Part shown: positions 62,787 through 64,000 of the stretch, one piece after another
Layout of the letters: each line of letters begins with the position of its first letter
How positions within the stretch are numbered: position 1 is the first letter of the stretch
Source of the DNA: Candidatus Xenobia bacterium
Lineage (GTDB): Bacteria > Vulcanimicrobiota > Xenobia > Xenobiales > QWHO01
Length of the DNA stretch: 64,000 bases
Assembly (NCBI GenBank): GCA_045863235.1
Contig: BTUM01000014.1
Span: forward strand, 58,878 to 122,877
Direction: 5' to 3'
Made by a program: the position numbers and the translations under genes
Notes under the pieces: generated by a model
What the model saw: only the letters and a program-made list of their open reading frames with translations
Told to the model about the DNA's origin: nothing
Databases searched by the model: none

Positions 62787-63767
62787 TCAATCCTCGAGCC
62801 GCTTGGCGTAGTCATTCTCCCAGCGCTCCTTGGCCCGGTCGGCGAAGACCTTGAGGCTCTCGCGCTGCATCTCGATGAAGGTGGGCTTGTCGATCTCGCC
62901 TAGAGCCAGCTTCTTGGTGGCATCGTCCTGCCAGGTCTCGGGCTCGGCTCCGGAGATCTTGTAGTAGAGGGCCTCGAGCTTGCGCCAGCCGTCGTACTTC
63001 TCCATCAGCGGGTTCCACATGCCGTTGACGATGCAGTAGTTGGTGGCCCACGGCATGTCGTGGTGCTCGGCGTGATTGCGCTTGCTCTGAGCCAGGTGCA
63101 GCTTCTGCATCAGCTTGCCGATGGGGGGCGGATTCTCGGTGTGGGTCCAGCGATGCGAGCCCTGGGCGATGAAGCCCCCGGCCAGGAAGCTCAGAGCGAA
63201 GGCTCCCACCGCGAAGTGCGGGTTGGCCAGCCCGGTGGCGGCCATCATCGGCGCCATCAGGATGCCGGTGCGCGAGGTGTTGCCCAGAAAGTGCGTGTGC
63301 AGCAGGTTGTAGTGGTCGCGGTGGTGGCCCTGGAACTCGGCTGCCAGCTTGCCGATGTAAGGCGTGCTCGGCTTGGGATAGTTGTCGATCCAGTGATGGA
63401 AGACCCCGCTGGCCAGGTCTGCGCTGGCGTAGCCCGCTACCAGCGAGCCGGCCACGACCGCCCCACCCACCAGCTTGGCCGTGAGCCCCGGGAGAGCCGC
63501 CACCTGGGTGGCGATGTTGACAGCCGTGAGCAGCGCTCCCCCCGCCATCACCCCGGCCACCGCGTAGTCGAGCTTGGTGGGCTTGACGTCCTTGTACTCG
63601 GCCTCGGTCGCGGCCGAGTTGTCGTAGCGGCCGCCGCGCAGGAACTCGCCGTTGTAGACGATGACGTCGCGCGAGCTGGCCTCTTCGGCTTTGGGCTCGG
63701 CCTCGGCGGGCCGAGAGTTGGCTGCCACGGTGGGCAGGCGGAATCCGGCTGTTGCGGTCAGTTGCAT
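62787..63767 (-). CDS. CarF/TMEM189 (PEDS1/FAD4)-family lipid desaturase
   Basis: His boxes DLASGVFHHWID, FQGHH, SHRWTH, HAEHH, plus NYCIVNG. Confidence 0.85.
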   Translation of the reverse strand: MQLTATAGFRLPTVAANSRPAEAEPKAEEASSRDVIVYNGEFLRGGRYDNSAATEAEYKDVKPTKLDYAVAGVMAGGALLTAVNIATQVAALPGLTAKLVGGAVVAGSLVAGYASADLASGVFHHWIDNYPKPSTPYIGKLAAEFQGHHRDHYNLLHTHFLGNTSRTGILMAPMMAATGLANPHFAVGAFALSFLAGGFIAQGSHRWTHTENPPPIGKLMQKLHLAQSKRNHAEHHDMPWATNYCIVNGMWNPLMEKYDGWRKLEALYYKISGAEPETWQDDATKKLALGEIDKPTFIEMQRESLKVFADRAKERWENDYAKRLED

Positions 63768-63776
63768 TGCGTCCGC

Positions 63777-63807
63777 AGCCTAAGCGATGCACCCTAAAGA
63801 ATCCTGA
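63777..63807 (-). promoter_or_regulatory. Shared TCAG/-10 promoter motif (desaturase)
   Basis: Minus strand TCAGGATTCTTTAGGGTGCATCGCT-TAGGCT, then 9 nt, then ATG. Confidence 0.62.
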
Positions 63808-64000
63808 AAACTCGAGCTTCGCTTCCCACGGGCTGCGGGTCTGGGAAAACTTCACCGATGGCGGCGCTCGGCTCGCTTACAATGAATTCAGAGGTTCCCC
63901 GAACCCGCACGAAACGCAAGAATCGTCGCTCCTACCCGGGGAACTTACATGGGGACTCTTCGATGGCGTCCTGACCGGGTTTGCGGGCTGGCTGGTGGCT

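Noticed and set aside
63878..64000. Gene start at the right edge (TACAAT, ATG 63949)
   Set aside because: The most protein-like frame (GLFDGVLTGFAGWLVA) is offset by one base from the ATG at a GGGG run; too little sequence to call a gene or a frameshift.

Overview
GC-rich bacterial chromosomal window with about 55 genes; no rRNA, tRNA, CRISPR array or transposase was seen. The gene mix (Firmicute-like mcsA-mcsB-clpC and rny-ymdB, homodimeric aceE-type PDH, several type IV minor-pilin clusters, many lineage-specific proteins) suggests a Terrabacteria-group organism such as Ca. Eremiobacterota/Xenobia, which is inference only. Housekeeping content: clpC/mcsAB, manA, rny operon, thrC, aceEF, lpdA, hsp20, two two-component systems, hutF, argE and arsR/arsC/acr3. 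The main unexplained signal is a dispersed set of genes linked by three overlapping features. (1) Three large proteins of at least two different folds end in the same C-terminal tail, V-x-E-x4-V-x-[VF]-G-G-V-x-[ILV]-[RK]-[RK]-R. (2) Several proteins, including a P450, a CarF-type desaturase and a subtilase, carry low-complexity non-Sec N-terminal leaders. (3) Six to seven of these genes share a promoter with a TCAGnnTTY element 25-26 bp before a TAnnnT -10 box, in PhoB-like 11-bp phasing. Together these suggest a co-regulated set of proteins targeted by an undescribed export or sorting pathway. Also notable: a 4.5-kb cassette (AbiE-like pair plus HEAT protein) flanked by LexA-box-like repeats including a 91-bp tandem array, a 37-bp dispersed structured element in two copies, and phased repeats between hsp20 and an OmpR-type system.
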